Assembly (NCBI GenBank): GCA_963697775.1
Contig: CAVOPH010000016.1
Location: forward strand, 25,190 to 89,189
Source: an uncultured Acidobacteriota bacterium
GTDB lineage: Bacteria; Acidobacteriota; Vicinamibacteria; Vicinamibacterales; 2-12-FULL-66-21
Direction of reading: 5' to 3'
DNA length: 64,000 nucleotides
Positions 8,196 through 20,097 of the stretch are shown one piece after another (within the stretch, counting starts at the first letter, position 1; every line of letters starts with the position of its first letter). Under the pieces are notes generated by a model. The model did not search any database, was not told the DNA's origin, and saw only the letters and a list, made by a program, of their open reading frames with translations. The translations under genes were made by a program, and so were the position numbers.

Positions 8196-10546
8196 ATGAG
8201 CATTCTTCACTTTCTCTCGCTCGACTCCGAATCCTCGTGGATCCTCGTCGCCGACATCGTGCTCAAGGCGACGCTGCTGTTGGTCGCGGCCGGGGCCGCC
8301 GCCTTCGTGCTTCGCCGCGCATCCGCGGCGGCACGGCACATGGTCTGGACGCTCGCGCTCGCGGGTGTGCTCCTGCTGCCGATGCTCTCGATCGCGCTGC
8401 CTCGGTGGCAGGTGTCTTTGGTGACGATCGAAACGGCTGCCAGCTCCCAGCTTCCAGCTTCCAGCTTCGCGCTCTCAGCTCAGGATCGCGCGCCCAATTT
8501 CCAATTGCCCGTTTCCGGTTCGCAGCCAGCCTTCGCTCATAAGTCGTGCGAAGGCTGTCCCGCCGAAGCGGCCGTGGCCGCGAAGGCGGACCAGACCGGA
8601 TCCCGGATTGGTCAAGCCGCGACCAACATGTCTTGGTCCACGATGCTCCTGGCGATCTGGCTGAGTGGCGCGCTCTTGATCCTCGCGCGGCTCGCCGCCG
8701 GGATCGTCGCGGTCCGCTGGATGTCACGGCGCACTCAGCGGGTGACCGACGCGCCGTGGCTTCAGCAGGCCCGCGCGCTGGCCGAGTCGCTTGGAGTGTC
8801 TCCGCGGATCGTCTTCCTTCGCAGCAACAGTGCGACCATGCCGATGGCGTGGGGCATCCTGCGACCGGCCGTGTTGATGCCGTCAGAGGCGGATGAATGG
8901 CCGGCCGAGCGGCTGCGGATCGTGTTGCTCCACGAGCTGGCGCACGTCAAGCGGCGCGACTGCCTGACGCATGTGCTCGCGCAGATTTCGTGCGCGCTGC
9001 ACTGGTTCAATCCGCTGGCATGGATGGCCGCGCGGCACGTGCGCACCGAGCGCGAGCGCGCGTGCGACGACCTGGTGCTGGCCGCCGGAACACACGGGCC
9101 CGACTACGCCGATCAACTGATCGAGATTGCGCGCGTGATGCGCTCCGGCCGGTTCCCGGCGGTGCTCGCCGGTGCAAGCCTGGCGATGGCCCACCGGTCG
9201 GAACTCGAGGGCCGGCTGCTGGCCATCCTCGATCCGACCGTTCCGCGCGCGGGCCTGTCACGGGTGCGAGCGTTCGGAGCGACATCCGCCTTTGCGCTGG
9301 CGGTCATGCCCCTCGCGTCACTGCAACCGTGGACGGTCGTGCCTGCGCAGGATCAGCTGCCCGCGACTCAGATTCAGCAGAGCACGGCGTCTGCCCAGCA
9401 ACCGACGCCTGCCCCGACGCCGTCGCCCTCGCCTTCCGATTCAACCGAGAGGCGCGGACGTCGCGGTATCGAGCCACAAGCGCACGATGACACGGTGGAA
9501 TCAGCCATTCAGAGCGCGGTCCAGAGCGGAGTGCAGTCCCGAATCCAGAGCAGTGTGCAGTCCCGCGTTCAGAGTAGCGTCCAGAGCCAGGTCCAGAGTC
9601 AAGTGCAGAGCGGGATTCAGAGCGCCGTGCAGAGTGGCGTGGCGTCGAGCGTCGCCTCCGCGGTGACGACCGGCATGCATTCGTTGATGGGCCACGTCGG
9701 TCTCGACGCGGTGGTCGATTCGTCGCTCTGGAATATCGCGGCGCAGGCGGCTGACCACGGCGATAACGCGCACGCCGCGCGCCAGAGCAAAGCAGACCCC
9801 AGGACGGTGGCCGCGCTGACCGCCGCGCTCAAGGATAGCGGACAAGGACGTCCGCGAAACCGCGATGCACGCGCTCGTCCAGCTGCGCGATCCGAGCATC
9901 TTCGATCCGCTCGTCCAGGCGCTATCGGATGGCTCGCCTGACGTCCGGGAGCAGGCGGCGTTCGGGCTCGGGCAGCTCCGCGACCGGCGCGCGGTCGAAC
10001 CGTTGATCACCGCGCTGAAGGATCAAAACGCCGATGTACGTCAGCAGGCGGCATTCGCACTTGGGCAGATTCGCGACCGCAGTGCTGTGCCCGGGTTGAG
10101 CGCCGCGCTGAAAGACTCGAGCGACGACGTGCGCGAGCAGGCCGTGTTTGCGCTTGGACAGATTCGCGATCCCGGATCCGTAGACGCGCTGGTCGGCGCG
10201 GTGCACGACAGCAAGGCCGACGTCAGGCAGCAGGCGGTCTTCGCGCTCGGGCAGATCCGCGATCGGCGTGCCGTCGAACCGCTGATCTCGGCATTGAAGG
10301 ATACCGAGGGCCGACGTGCGCGAGCAGGCCGCATTCGCGCTCGGACAGATTCGCGATCCGCGCGCGGTCGAGCCGCTGGTGATTGCGCTCAAGGACAGCG
10401 TCTCCGACGTGCGTGAGCAGGCGGCGTTTGCGCTCGGGCAGATTCGCGACCCGCGCGCGATTGACGGCTTGACCTCGGCGCTCAAGGACTCGAGCGCCGA
10501 CGTCCGGCAGCAGGCCGCGTTCGCGCTCGGCCAGTTGGCGCGGTGA
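8196..10546 (+). CDS. BlaR1/M56 family metallopeptidase with a Q/S-rich linker and about 8 C-terminal HEAT (PBS-lyase-like) repeats; stitched across indels near 9840 and 10310
   Basis: HELAH zinc motif, HWFNPLAW, ERACDD, LEGRL; continues as DVREQAAFALGQIRD repeats in ORFs 9865-10416 and 10316-10546. Confidence 0.88.
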
Positions 10547-10612
10547 TTCGGATTGCTGATGTTGATGGCTGATTGAACCCGTCAATCAGCCATCAGCAAT
10601 CAGCATTCGAAA
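10545..10612. repeat. Palindromic heptamer-type intergenic repeat (TGCTGAT / ATCAGCA)
   Basis: gattgctgatgttgatggctgattga...tcaatcagccatcagcaatcagc. Confidence 0.65.
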
Positions 10613-10695
10613 ATCGACCCTGTCAGGGCGGTCCCTTTGGTGCCGCCAACCTGTTGTCGTGTCTGGAGATGCTAGGTTTTTAGCAGGAGAAGCGC

Positions 10696-11455
10696 ATGAC
10701 TCCCCTCGCCGTCTTTGTTCGCACGTTACTGAAGACCAGCGCGATCTTCATCGGCGTCACCACCGTGATGCTGCATCCGTCGTTCGAATGGTCCCGCGCG
10801 TCGGGATCGTCGTCGTCGCGCGTGACGGCGCGGCAGAACCCGACAGAAGCGGCGGTTGACGGCCTCGTCGCCGCGCTGAAGGACACCGACGCGGGCGTCC
10901 GCCGTCAGGCCGCAGCAGCGCTTGGTGAGATCGGCAACGCGCGCGCGGTGACCGGACTGATGGACGCGCTGAAGGACGCCGATCGCCGACGTGCGCCAGC
11001 ATGCATTGTCTGCGCTCGGTGAAATCGGCGATCGCCGGGCGGTCCCCGCGATCGTCGGCCTGCTGAAGGACAGTTCACCTTCGATTCGCAGTCACGCCGC
11101 CTCTGCGCTCGGCGAGCTCGGCGACACCGCCGCAGTGGATCCACTGATTGCCGTCATCCGCGACGCGAATGCCGATGTGCGGCGGCACGTCATTTCGGCG
11201 CTGGGCGAGCTTGGAGACTCTCGCGCCCTGCCGGCCTTGACCGCGGCCCTGAAGGACGAGGACGTGGCGGTGCGGCGGGCGGCCATCTCGGCCATCGCCG
11301 AGATCAGCGATGGCGGCAGTGGTCACAGATTCAACATCGGCAACCCTCACCCGCATCCACATCCGCATCCGCACCCGAATCCAAACCCGAACCCGAACCC
11401 GCAATCCGAACCCCAATCCGCGGCTCGGGAATTGACAAGAGGAGCACTGAGGTGA
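10696..11455 (+). CDS. Exported HEAT-repeat protein with a (PH)n(PN)n tail; indel near 10985, true stop probably 11435
   Basis: Repeats [14 protein letters not shown] / [14 protein letters not shown] / [14 protein letters not shown]; hydrophobic N-terminus. Confidence 0.8.
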
Positions 11456-12436
11456 CCCGGACCATCGCGGTGGCGGTTGTCGCGCTGCTGACGCTCACCG
11501 GTTCCGCCAACGAGAACCGTGAACCGTATTCCCAGGCGCGAAGCGTTCACGATCTCGTCGGCGACCTCGCGGCGCAGGATCCCATGGTGCGGGCCCGGGC
11601 CGCCTGCGAGATGCGCGAACTCGGTGACGCTGCCGCCGACGCGATCGAACCCCTGACGAAATTGCTTGGCGACGCGGCGCCGGTTGAACCTGTTGTCTGC
11701 AGCCGTAACTGGTGGCGCGGTAATCCCAACGACCTGACGTCGCCCGGCGAGCAGGCCGCAGCTGCGCTGGTCGCAATCGGCACTCGCGCCTTTCAGCCGG
11801 TGCTGGGAGCGCTTCATAGCACGCTGTGGACGGCACGCCGGAATGCCGCGTGGGCACTCGGGGCGTTTGACGATCAACGCGCGGTGGAGGCGCTCGTCGA
11901 GGCGCTGAAAGATCGCGAACCCGGCGTTCGCGAACAGGTCGCGTGGGCACTCGGCGCGATCGACGATAAACGCGCCGTGCAGCCGCTCATCGGCGTGTTG
12001 AAGGATCCCGACCCACGGGTACGGCGCCAGGCGGCGTGGGCCCTTGGCGCGATCGACGATCCGGCCGCCGCCGACGCGCTCTCGGCAACACTGACCGACG
12101 ACCGACGAGCGGACGCGCGAGCAGGCAGCCTGGGCGCTCGGCGCCATCGACGATCGAAGCGCCGTGCCCGCGTTGATCCGATCGCTGAACGATCAGGGTG
12201 AGCGCGTGCGCAAGCAGGCGGCATGGGCGCTCGGCGCGATCGACGATTCGCGCGCAGTGGAGCCGCTCGTCAAGGCGCTGTCCGATCAGAGCAACGGCGT
12301 CCGCCAGCAGGCCGCCTGGGCGCTCGGCGCGATCGGCGATTCACGCGCGCTGCCCGGCTTGCTTCCGTCGCTCAAGGACGCCGACGCCGGCGTGCGAAAG
12401 CAGGCCGCATGGGCGATTGGCGCAATCGGAAAGTGA
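11452..12436 (+). CDS. Secreted HEAT-repeat protein; indel near 12105
   Basis: GGAG SD, signal peptide, about 6 VRxQAAWALGAIDD repeats. Confidence 0.85.
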
Positions 12437-12446
12437 GGGCGGGAAC

Positions 12447-14941
12447 GTGCTGTCGGACCTTCGCTATGCGGTACGGTCCTTCCGGAAAACGCCTGCGCTG
12501 ACGGCGATCGTCATCGTCACGCTGGCGCTGGGCATTGGCGCAAACACGGCGATCTTCAGCGTCATCGATGCGGTGCTGCTGCGCCCCACGCCGCTGCAAC
12601 ACCTGGATCGACTGGCCATGGTGTGGGAGACCGATCGCAATACCGGCACCACACGCGAGCCGGCGTCCTTTCCTGACTTCATCGACTTCAAAACACGAAG
12701 CCGCACCTTCGAGGATCTCGCGGCAGTCATGGCCGGAGAGGTCAATCTCAGTCCCGACCACGGCGATCCGGTGCGGCTGCCGGTGCTCCAGGTATCGGCA
12801 AACGCCCTTCCGACTGCTTGGACTCCAGCCGATCGCTGGCAGGACTTTCACCGCCGACGAGGACCGGCCGAACGGCGCCCACGTCGTGCTGATCGGCGAG
12901 CGCCTGTGGGAGCGCGCGTTCGATCGGCGTCTATCCGTCATCGGATAGACGCTGCGGCTCGACGAACGCCCGTATATCGTCGTCGGCGTCATGCCGGAGG
13001 GCGCTGATTTCGGAGCCCTTCAGATCCTGTCTGCGGCAGCCTACTCTCGCGGCTTTGCCGATCGCGGCATGAAGGCGAACGTTGACATCTGGATGCCGCT
13101 CCAGGGTGATCGACCACCAGCTGCCTCGATCGACGCATCCGCTCTTCGTGGTCGGACGACTGACGCCCGGGCGCCACGCACGACGCCGCGCATGGCGAGC
13201 TGGCACGACAATCGCCGCCGATCTGGAACGCACGTATCCCGGAGAACGCCGCGCGTGGCGCCAATGTCGAGACGCTCGATGTCGTCGTCTTTGGTCCGGT
13301 GCGTCCGGCCCTCTTCATCCTGTTGACCGCCGTCGCGCCTCGTCCTGCTGGTGGCATGCGTCAACGTCGCAAATCTTCTGCTCGCACGAGGGACCGCCCG
13401 TGCTCAGGACGCGGCGGTTCGTCGCGCGCTCGGCGCATCGCAGGGACGGCTTCTGAGGCAGGCGCTTGCCGAGACGATGCTGCTGACGATGACGGCGGCG
13501 GCGGCCGGGATCGCGTCTGCGCCTACGTGGTGTTCGCGCGCTCGTGGCGATTGCGCCCGCGGAGGTTCCGCGGCTTTCGCTGGCCACGATCAAATTCCGC
13601 GTGCTTATCGCCACGCTGGCCGTCGCCGTGTTCGTCGGGATTGCTGTTCGCGCTTGTCTGCCCGCTTGGCAGGCTCGTCGAGCTCAATCTGCAGTCGTCG
13701 CTGTGCGGATAACACCGAACCGCGCATCGGCCGGCCCAGCACAGGGTCGGATTCGCAGTGTCCTCGTGATCGTCGAGCTCGCACTCGCCGTCGTCCTCGT
13801 CTGCAGGGCGGCGCTGCTGATTCGAAGCTTCTGGACGCTGCAGCAGGTCAATCCCGGATTTCAGAGCCGAGGGCGTCTTGAAAGCCGAATACCAGTTGCC
13901 GCCGTCGCGATATCCCGGCTGATTTCCGCGGTGGCCGGACTTCAAGGCAGCAGCATGAATTCACGCGCGCGCTGCTCGCGCGTGCGGCGGCGCTTCCCGG
14001 CGTCCGTCGGTCGCGATCGCCGGGAATCACCCGCTCGATCCAGGGTTCACAAACTCGTTCACGATCGTCGGCCGTGAGGCTGAGGCGAAGCACGTGGCCT
14101 GAAATCTCGATTCGGCGAGTGAGCCCGTCCTACTTCGAGACCGTGGACCTCGGGCTGGTTAGCGGACGGCGTGTTCACCGACGGCGACCGCACGACGGCG
14201 ACTCCGGTGGCGCTGATCAATGCGGCTGCGGCCGCACGATTCTTCTCGGACCGCGAATCCGATCGGCGCACGATTCGCTTCTGGGGAACCGCTCGCACCA
14301 TCGTTGGAGTCGTTGCCGACGAGAAATTTCACGGCATTGCGGAGGCGTCACCAATCGCCGCCTATACGCCGGTCTCTCAGACGCCGTCCGCAAATGGCGC
14401 GGGTGTGCTGCTGGTGCGGACGTCTGGCAATCCGACCACAGCTTCGGTCAGGCCGTCACCGGCGCAATCCACGACGATCGATCGGGGCCTCGCGGTGTTT
14501 GCAATCGAGCCGCTCGACGGTTACGCTGTCGCGATCGATCGGGCAACGCCGCTTCACCATGCTTCTACTCGCGATTGTTCGCCGCTGTCGCGCTGACTAC
14601 TCGCGGCCGTCGGCGTCCACGGCGTACTCAGTTATGGCGTCACACAGCGCCGCCGGGAGATCGGCATCCGCATGGCACTTGGGGCCCGCGCGGTGGATCT
14701 CGTGACGCTCGTCGTGCGCCAGGGAATCGGACTCGCGGTCCTGGGTCTGGCGGGCGGCCTCGCCGGCGCTTTCGCTTTGAGCCGGTTCCTGAGCACGCAG
14801 CTCTTCGGGATCACGCCCACCGATCCGGCCACTTTCTCAGCTGTCGTCGCGATTCTCCTGGTCGTTGCGCTGGCGGCCACCGCGGCGCCTGCTCGTCGCG
14901 CCGCATCGGTCGATCCCGTCGTCAGCCTTCGAAGCGAGTAA
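12447..14941 (+). CDS. ADOP/MacB-FtsX-type duplicated orphan ABC permease; many indels
   Basis: [13 protein letters not shown]...[48 protein letters not shown]. Confidence 0.88.
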
Positions 14942-14944
14942 CCC

Positions 14945-17367
14945 GTGCGCACATGGCTTCAGGATCTACGTCACGGCGTTCGATTGCTGCACGCGTCGCC
15001 GGCCTTCACCACGATCGCCGTCGCCGCGCTGGCTCTCGGTATCGGCGCCAACACCGCGATCTTCAGCGTCGTCAACACGGTGCTCATTCAACCGCTGCCG
15101 TACAAGAGTCCCGATCGTCTGGCGATCGTGTGGGAGCACAACCTGCCACGCGATCGCAAGGACAACGTCGTGTCGCCGGGCAATTATCTTCACTGGCGCG
15201 ACATGAATCGGGTATTCGACGAGATGTCGATCGTGAGCATGACGTTTCGCACCGCCTACACCGGCGACGGGCAGCCGGAAGAGTTGCCGATGCAGGTCGT
15301 GAACGCCACGCTCTTTCCGATGCTTGGCGTGAATGCCGCGGTCGGACGAGTCTTTACTGCGGAAGAAGATCGGCCGAATGCCAGTCGCGTCGTGCTCCTG
15401 AGCGATCGGTTGTGGAAACGGCGCTTCGGCGGCGACCCGGACGTCGTCAATCGCTCCATTCGTCTCGGCGGCAATCTGTTCACCGTCGTCGGCGTGATGC
15501 CGCGTGGATTTCTCTATTCTCGACAAGAACGTCGACGTCTGGGTTCCTGCCGGATTCTGACGGCGGAGGCGAGAACACCGGGCGGACGCTGGACGATGGT
15601 CATCGCGACGCTTGAAGGATGGCGTCAGGTTCACCCAGGCACAGGACGACATGACGCGCGTGGTCGCGAGTTGACGGCGATGTTTCCGAACGTTGATACG
15701 GGTTGGACGGCACGCGTCGTGCCGCTGAAGGAGCAGCTGACCGGCGACGTCCGGCCGGCTCTCCTCGTGCTGGTCGGCGCGGTCGGCTTCGTGCTGCTGA
15801 TCGCCTGCGCGAATGTCGCCAATCTGCTGCTTGCGCGCGCGACGACGCGTCAACGCGAGCTGGCGGTTCGAGCGGCGCTCGGCGCGGATCGTGGTAGATT
15901 GATCCGCCAGTTGCTCTCGGAGAGCCTTCTCTTGGCGTTGATCGGCGGCGCCGCCGGGATCGCGCTTGCGTGGTGGGGACTCTACCTTCTGCGCACGTGT
16001 GGCGGCAACGTTGCGGTCCCGCGACTCGAGTTGGTCGGCGTCAACGGCTGGGTTCTTCTGTTTGCGGTGCATGTCGCGCTGGCCAGCGCGCTGTTGTTTG
16101 GCGTCATTCCGGCGTCGCCGCGGCCGGAACGAGCCTGACCGAATCACTGAGGGAAGGTGGGCGAACCGGGACGCCACGTCGCGGCGGCCGTGCGCGGCAG
16201 GCGCTCGTCGTGATCGAGATGGCGCTCGCGCTGGTGCTGCTGGTTGGCGCCGGCTTGCTGGTCCGCAGCTTCATCACGTTGATGCACGTCGATCCCGGCT
16301 TCGACCCATCACGGACGCGTGACGATGAAGGTCACTCTGCCTTCGGCAAGTTATCCCGAAGCGTGGACAGTCGATTGCGTTCTTCGATCGATTGTTCGAT
16401 CGCGTCGACACGCTTGCCGGGCGTGCAGGCCGCCGGCGGCATCAGCTTCCTGCCGCTCAACGGACTTGGTGCGGGACGAGTTTCACGATCGAGGGACAGG
16501 AGAAGCCGCGGCAGGGCGACGAGCCGGTGTCCGACGTGCAAGGTCGTCACACACGACTACTTCAAGGCGATGGGCATTCCACTCCTCCGCGGACGATTGT
16601 TCGACCGCCGTGACACGGCGCCGAACACACGACGCGTCATCGTCAGCGAGACGATGGTGAAGAAGTATTTCGGCGAATCGGATCCGATCGGCCAGACGGA
16701 TCGTATTGTCTTGGAACGACAAGGGGCCGGATGAGATCGTCGGCGTCGTCGGCGACGTGCGATCCGCGAGCCTCGAGACCGAGCCGCACGGGGACCAGCT
16801 ATCTGCCGCCTGCCCGCTTCGCCTACCCATTCATGAGTGTGGTCGTGAAGACGAGCGACGGAAACATGCGCGTCGCTGCCCTCGGTGGTAAACGCCGTGC
16901 ATGAGATCGATCCGGATGTGCCGGTCTCCGACATCATGCCGATGACGGAAGTCATCTCCGTATCGACGGCACAGCGTCGATTGACGATGGTGCTGCTGAT
17001 GGTTTTTGCCAGGCGTGGCGCTCGTGCTCGCATCGGTCGGAATCTATGGCGTCATCAGTTACTCGGTGACACAGCGCACGCAGGAGATTGGGATTCGTAT
17101 GGCGCTCGGCGCGCAACACCGCGACGTCTTGCGCATGGTCGTCGGCCGCGCATGGTGCTGGCGATCGCGGCATCGCGGTCGGCGCGCTCGGAGCCTTCAC
17201 CTTGACCCGGCTCATGACTAAGCTGCTCTTCGATGTGCACCCCGCAGGACCCGGTGACGTTTGGGGCCGTTTCTGTTCTGCTCGCGCCGTGGCCGTCGCT
17301 GGCCAGTTATCTTCCCGGCCGTCGCGCAACCCGTGTCGATCCGGTCGTCGCGCTCCGGGCCGAGTGA
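14945..17367 (+). CDS. Second ADOP/MacB-FtsX-type duplicated orphan ABC permease; many indels
   Basis: [75 protein letters not shown]. Confidence 0.88.
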
Positions 17368-17404
17368 ACGAACCTTGTAGAACCTGTAGAACTTGTAGAA
17401 CCTG
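17366..17404. repeat. Single arm of the GTAGAACC decamer-type repeat family
   Basis: gaacgaaccttgtagaacctgtagaacttgtagaacc. Confidence 0.7.
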
Positions 17405-17452
17405 ATAGTCGCCGGACCCTGGAACCCGGCTTTTGCAGTACGATTCGCATGC

Positions 17453-18788
17453 ATGCTGCTGGCGTGGGCGGTCATCGCCCTGCTCATTCTCCTGACCGGC
17501 TTGTACGTCGCGGCAGAGTTCGCGGCCGTCAGCGCGCGACGCAGCCGTCTCCGCCGGCTGGCGGAGGACGGCAACGTGCTTGCGGCTCGGCTCCTGCCGG
17601 TTCTCGAAGATCCCGCGAGCGCTCGATCGCTACATCGCCGCGTCGCAGGTCGGCATCACGCTGTCCAGCCTGATCCTCGGCGCCTACGGCCAGGCGACGC
17701 TCGCGCCGCGGTTGACGCCGCTCCTGGCAGCGCTTCGAAGGACTGCAACCGTCGACGGTCGAGTCGGCGTCCGCCGGCATCGTCCTCGATGTTTCTGACC
17801 ACGCTGGCGGTCATTCTCGGCGAGCTCGTGCCCGAAGTCGCTGGCCCTGCAGAACCCGACCCGGACGGCGCTCTTCACCGTGCTGCCCATGCAGTGGTCG
17901 CATGCGCGCGTTCTCGTGGTCGATCACCGTTCTCAACGGCAGCGGGGTGCTCCTCCTGCGCGCGCTTCGCATTCCCTCGACCGGCCATCGTCACGTGCAC
18001 TCGCCGGAAGAGATCGCGCTGCTGATCGCTGAAAGCCGCGATGGCGGGTTGCTCGAGCCCCAGGAACAGGTGCGCCTTCATCGCGCGCTTCGTCTGGGCC
18101 TTCGCACCGCGCGCCAGCTGATGGTCCCACGGGCTCGGCTGGCGGCGATTGACGCGTCGCTTCCCTTTGAGGAAGTGCTTCGCGTGCGTCGCCGCGAGCC
18201 CCTACAGCCGGCTGCCGGTCTATCGCGGATCGATCGACAACATCGTCGGCATCCTTCATACGAAGGATGTCGTGATGCGCTACGTGCAGGGCGGCAGCTT
18301 GTCGGTCGCGTCGCTGCTGCGCCCGATCGTCCGCGTTCCCGAGACCATGCCGGCCGATCAGACTGCTGACGTTCCTTCGCGAGCGCCGCAGCCACCAGGC
18401 GCTGGTCGTGGACGTCAACGGCGTCGGTCGTCGGGTTGATCACTCTCGAGGACGTCGTCGCCGAACTGCTCGGCGGCGTCGCCGACGAATTCAAGTCGAT
18501 GCAGGCGCGGCCGATTCGGCTGTCCGACGGACGGCTGCGCCTTCCGGGGTCGATGCGGCTCGATCAGGCTGCGCCGCTCGTCGGACCGCAGTGGCGCGAT
18601 GTCGATCGGCACGGTCGCCGAGCAGATCACGACGGCGCTCGGTCGCGTACCAGAACCCGGCGAAGAGACTCGACGTCGACGGTCTGCACGTCGAAGTCGA
18701 AGCCGTCGAAGGTGACGCCATCGCCTCGGTCATCGTCGGCGATCGCCCAGGCAGGACGAGGGCGCCGAGTCGTGACGCGCCGTTCTGA
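17453..18788 (+). CDS. CNNM/CorC (hemolysin-like, DUF21-CBS-CorC) transporter 1; indels, end approximate
   Basis: GLYVAAEFAAVSARRSRL, SQVGIT, GELVP, YSRLPVY, ITLEDVVAELLG. Confidence 0.87.
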
Positions 18789-20077
18789 TCATCGCGGTGC
18801 TCATCATTCTGAACGGCGTGTTCGTCGCCGCTGAGTTTGCGATCGTCGGCGCACCGCGGGCCGCGATCGATCGGAAGGCTCAGGACGGCAATCGGCTCGC
18901 CCGCCTCGGTCCAACGCGTGCTCGACGATCCGAAGCAGCAGGATCGCTACATCGCCACGGCCCAACTCGGCATCACGGTCGCGAGTCTCGGACTCGGGCA
19001 TGTACGGCGAGCACGTGCTCGCCGATTGCGTTTACGCGGTGCTTGGCGGCCACGGTCTGCCGCGGCTGGCTCGCGTCGCACGGCGTCGCGAGCACGATCG
19101 CCGTTGCCATTCTGACCTACTTTCACATCGTCATTGGCGAGATGGTCCCGAAGTCGCTGGCACTGCAGTACGCCGAACAGCTGGCGCTGTGGATCACGCC
19201 GCCGATGTTCTGGATCCGCAACGCGCTGTTCCCGTTCGTGCTGGTGCTGAACGCGCTCGGCAATTACGTCTTGAAAATCATTGGCGTCAACCGGCAGGCG
19301 CAAAACGCTGATCAGTACTACACCGCCGGAAGAACTGCAGCTGATCGTGCAGGAGAGCGAGGATCTCGGGGCGATCCGGGCCGAGTCGGGACAAGATGCT
19401 GCAGGAGCTGTTCGAGTTCGGCGATCTCACGGCGGGCGAGGTGATGGTGCCGCGCGTGCGCGTCGTCGGCATGCCGCTCGGGACCGACACCGGATCAGAT
19501 CCGCGAGCTCCTGGGCCGCACGCCGCACACGCGCTACCCGATCTACGAGCGCGATCTCGATCACATCGTCGGCATGGTTCACATCAAGGATCTGCTGCGC
19601 GTGCTGCTGCGCAACGAATCGATTCGGCGAAGCCACGCGCGACCGCTGCCGCTGGTCCCGGAAACGGCGGCTCTGGATTCGGTGCTGTCGACGATGCGCC
19701 GGGAGCGAACGCAGATGGTGATCGTGCTCGACGAGCATGGCGGAACGTCCGGCGTCGTCACGCTGCAGGATCTGTTCGAGGAGGTCGTCGGAGAAATCGA
19801 GGAGGGCCCGAGCGGTGCGCCGCAGGTCTATCGCGACGCGGGCGGACGGCTTCGCGTGCCGGGAACGATGCGGCTCGACGAGCTCGGTCAGCAGTTCGAT
19901 CTCGATCTGGAGCACGAGGACGTCGACAGCGTCAGCGGCCTGGTGCTCACGGTGCTCGGCCGGCCCCCGGCCGTCGGCGACACCGTTCGCTACGAACGGC
20001 TTGCAGCTGGAGGTCACCAGCGGTCAAAGGGCCATGGGGTCGATGAATGCGCGGTGTCGCTGGGCCAGCCTGATTAG
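18772..20077 (+). CDS. CNNM/CorC transporter 2; indels
   Basis: NGVFVAAEFAIVG, AQLGIT, GEMVPKSLA, EVMVPR, LDEHGGTSGVVTLQDLFEEVVGEI. Confidence 0.88.
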
Positions 20078-20097
20078 CGCTGCGGGACAGCTAGATC

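Noticed and set aside
8196..10546. Beta-lactam resistance locus
   Set aside because: No penicillin-binding sensor domain and no beta-lactamase or PBP gene nearby
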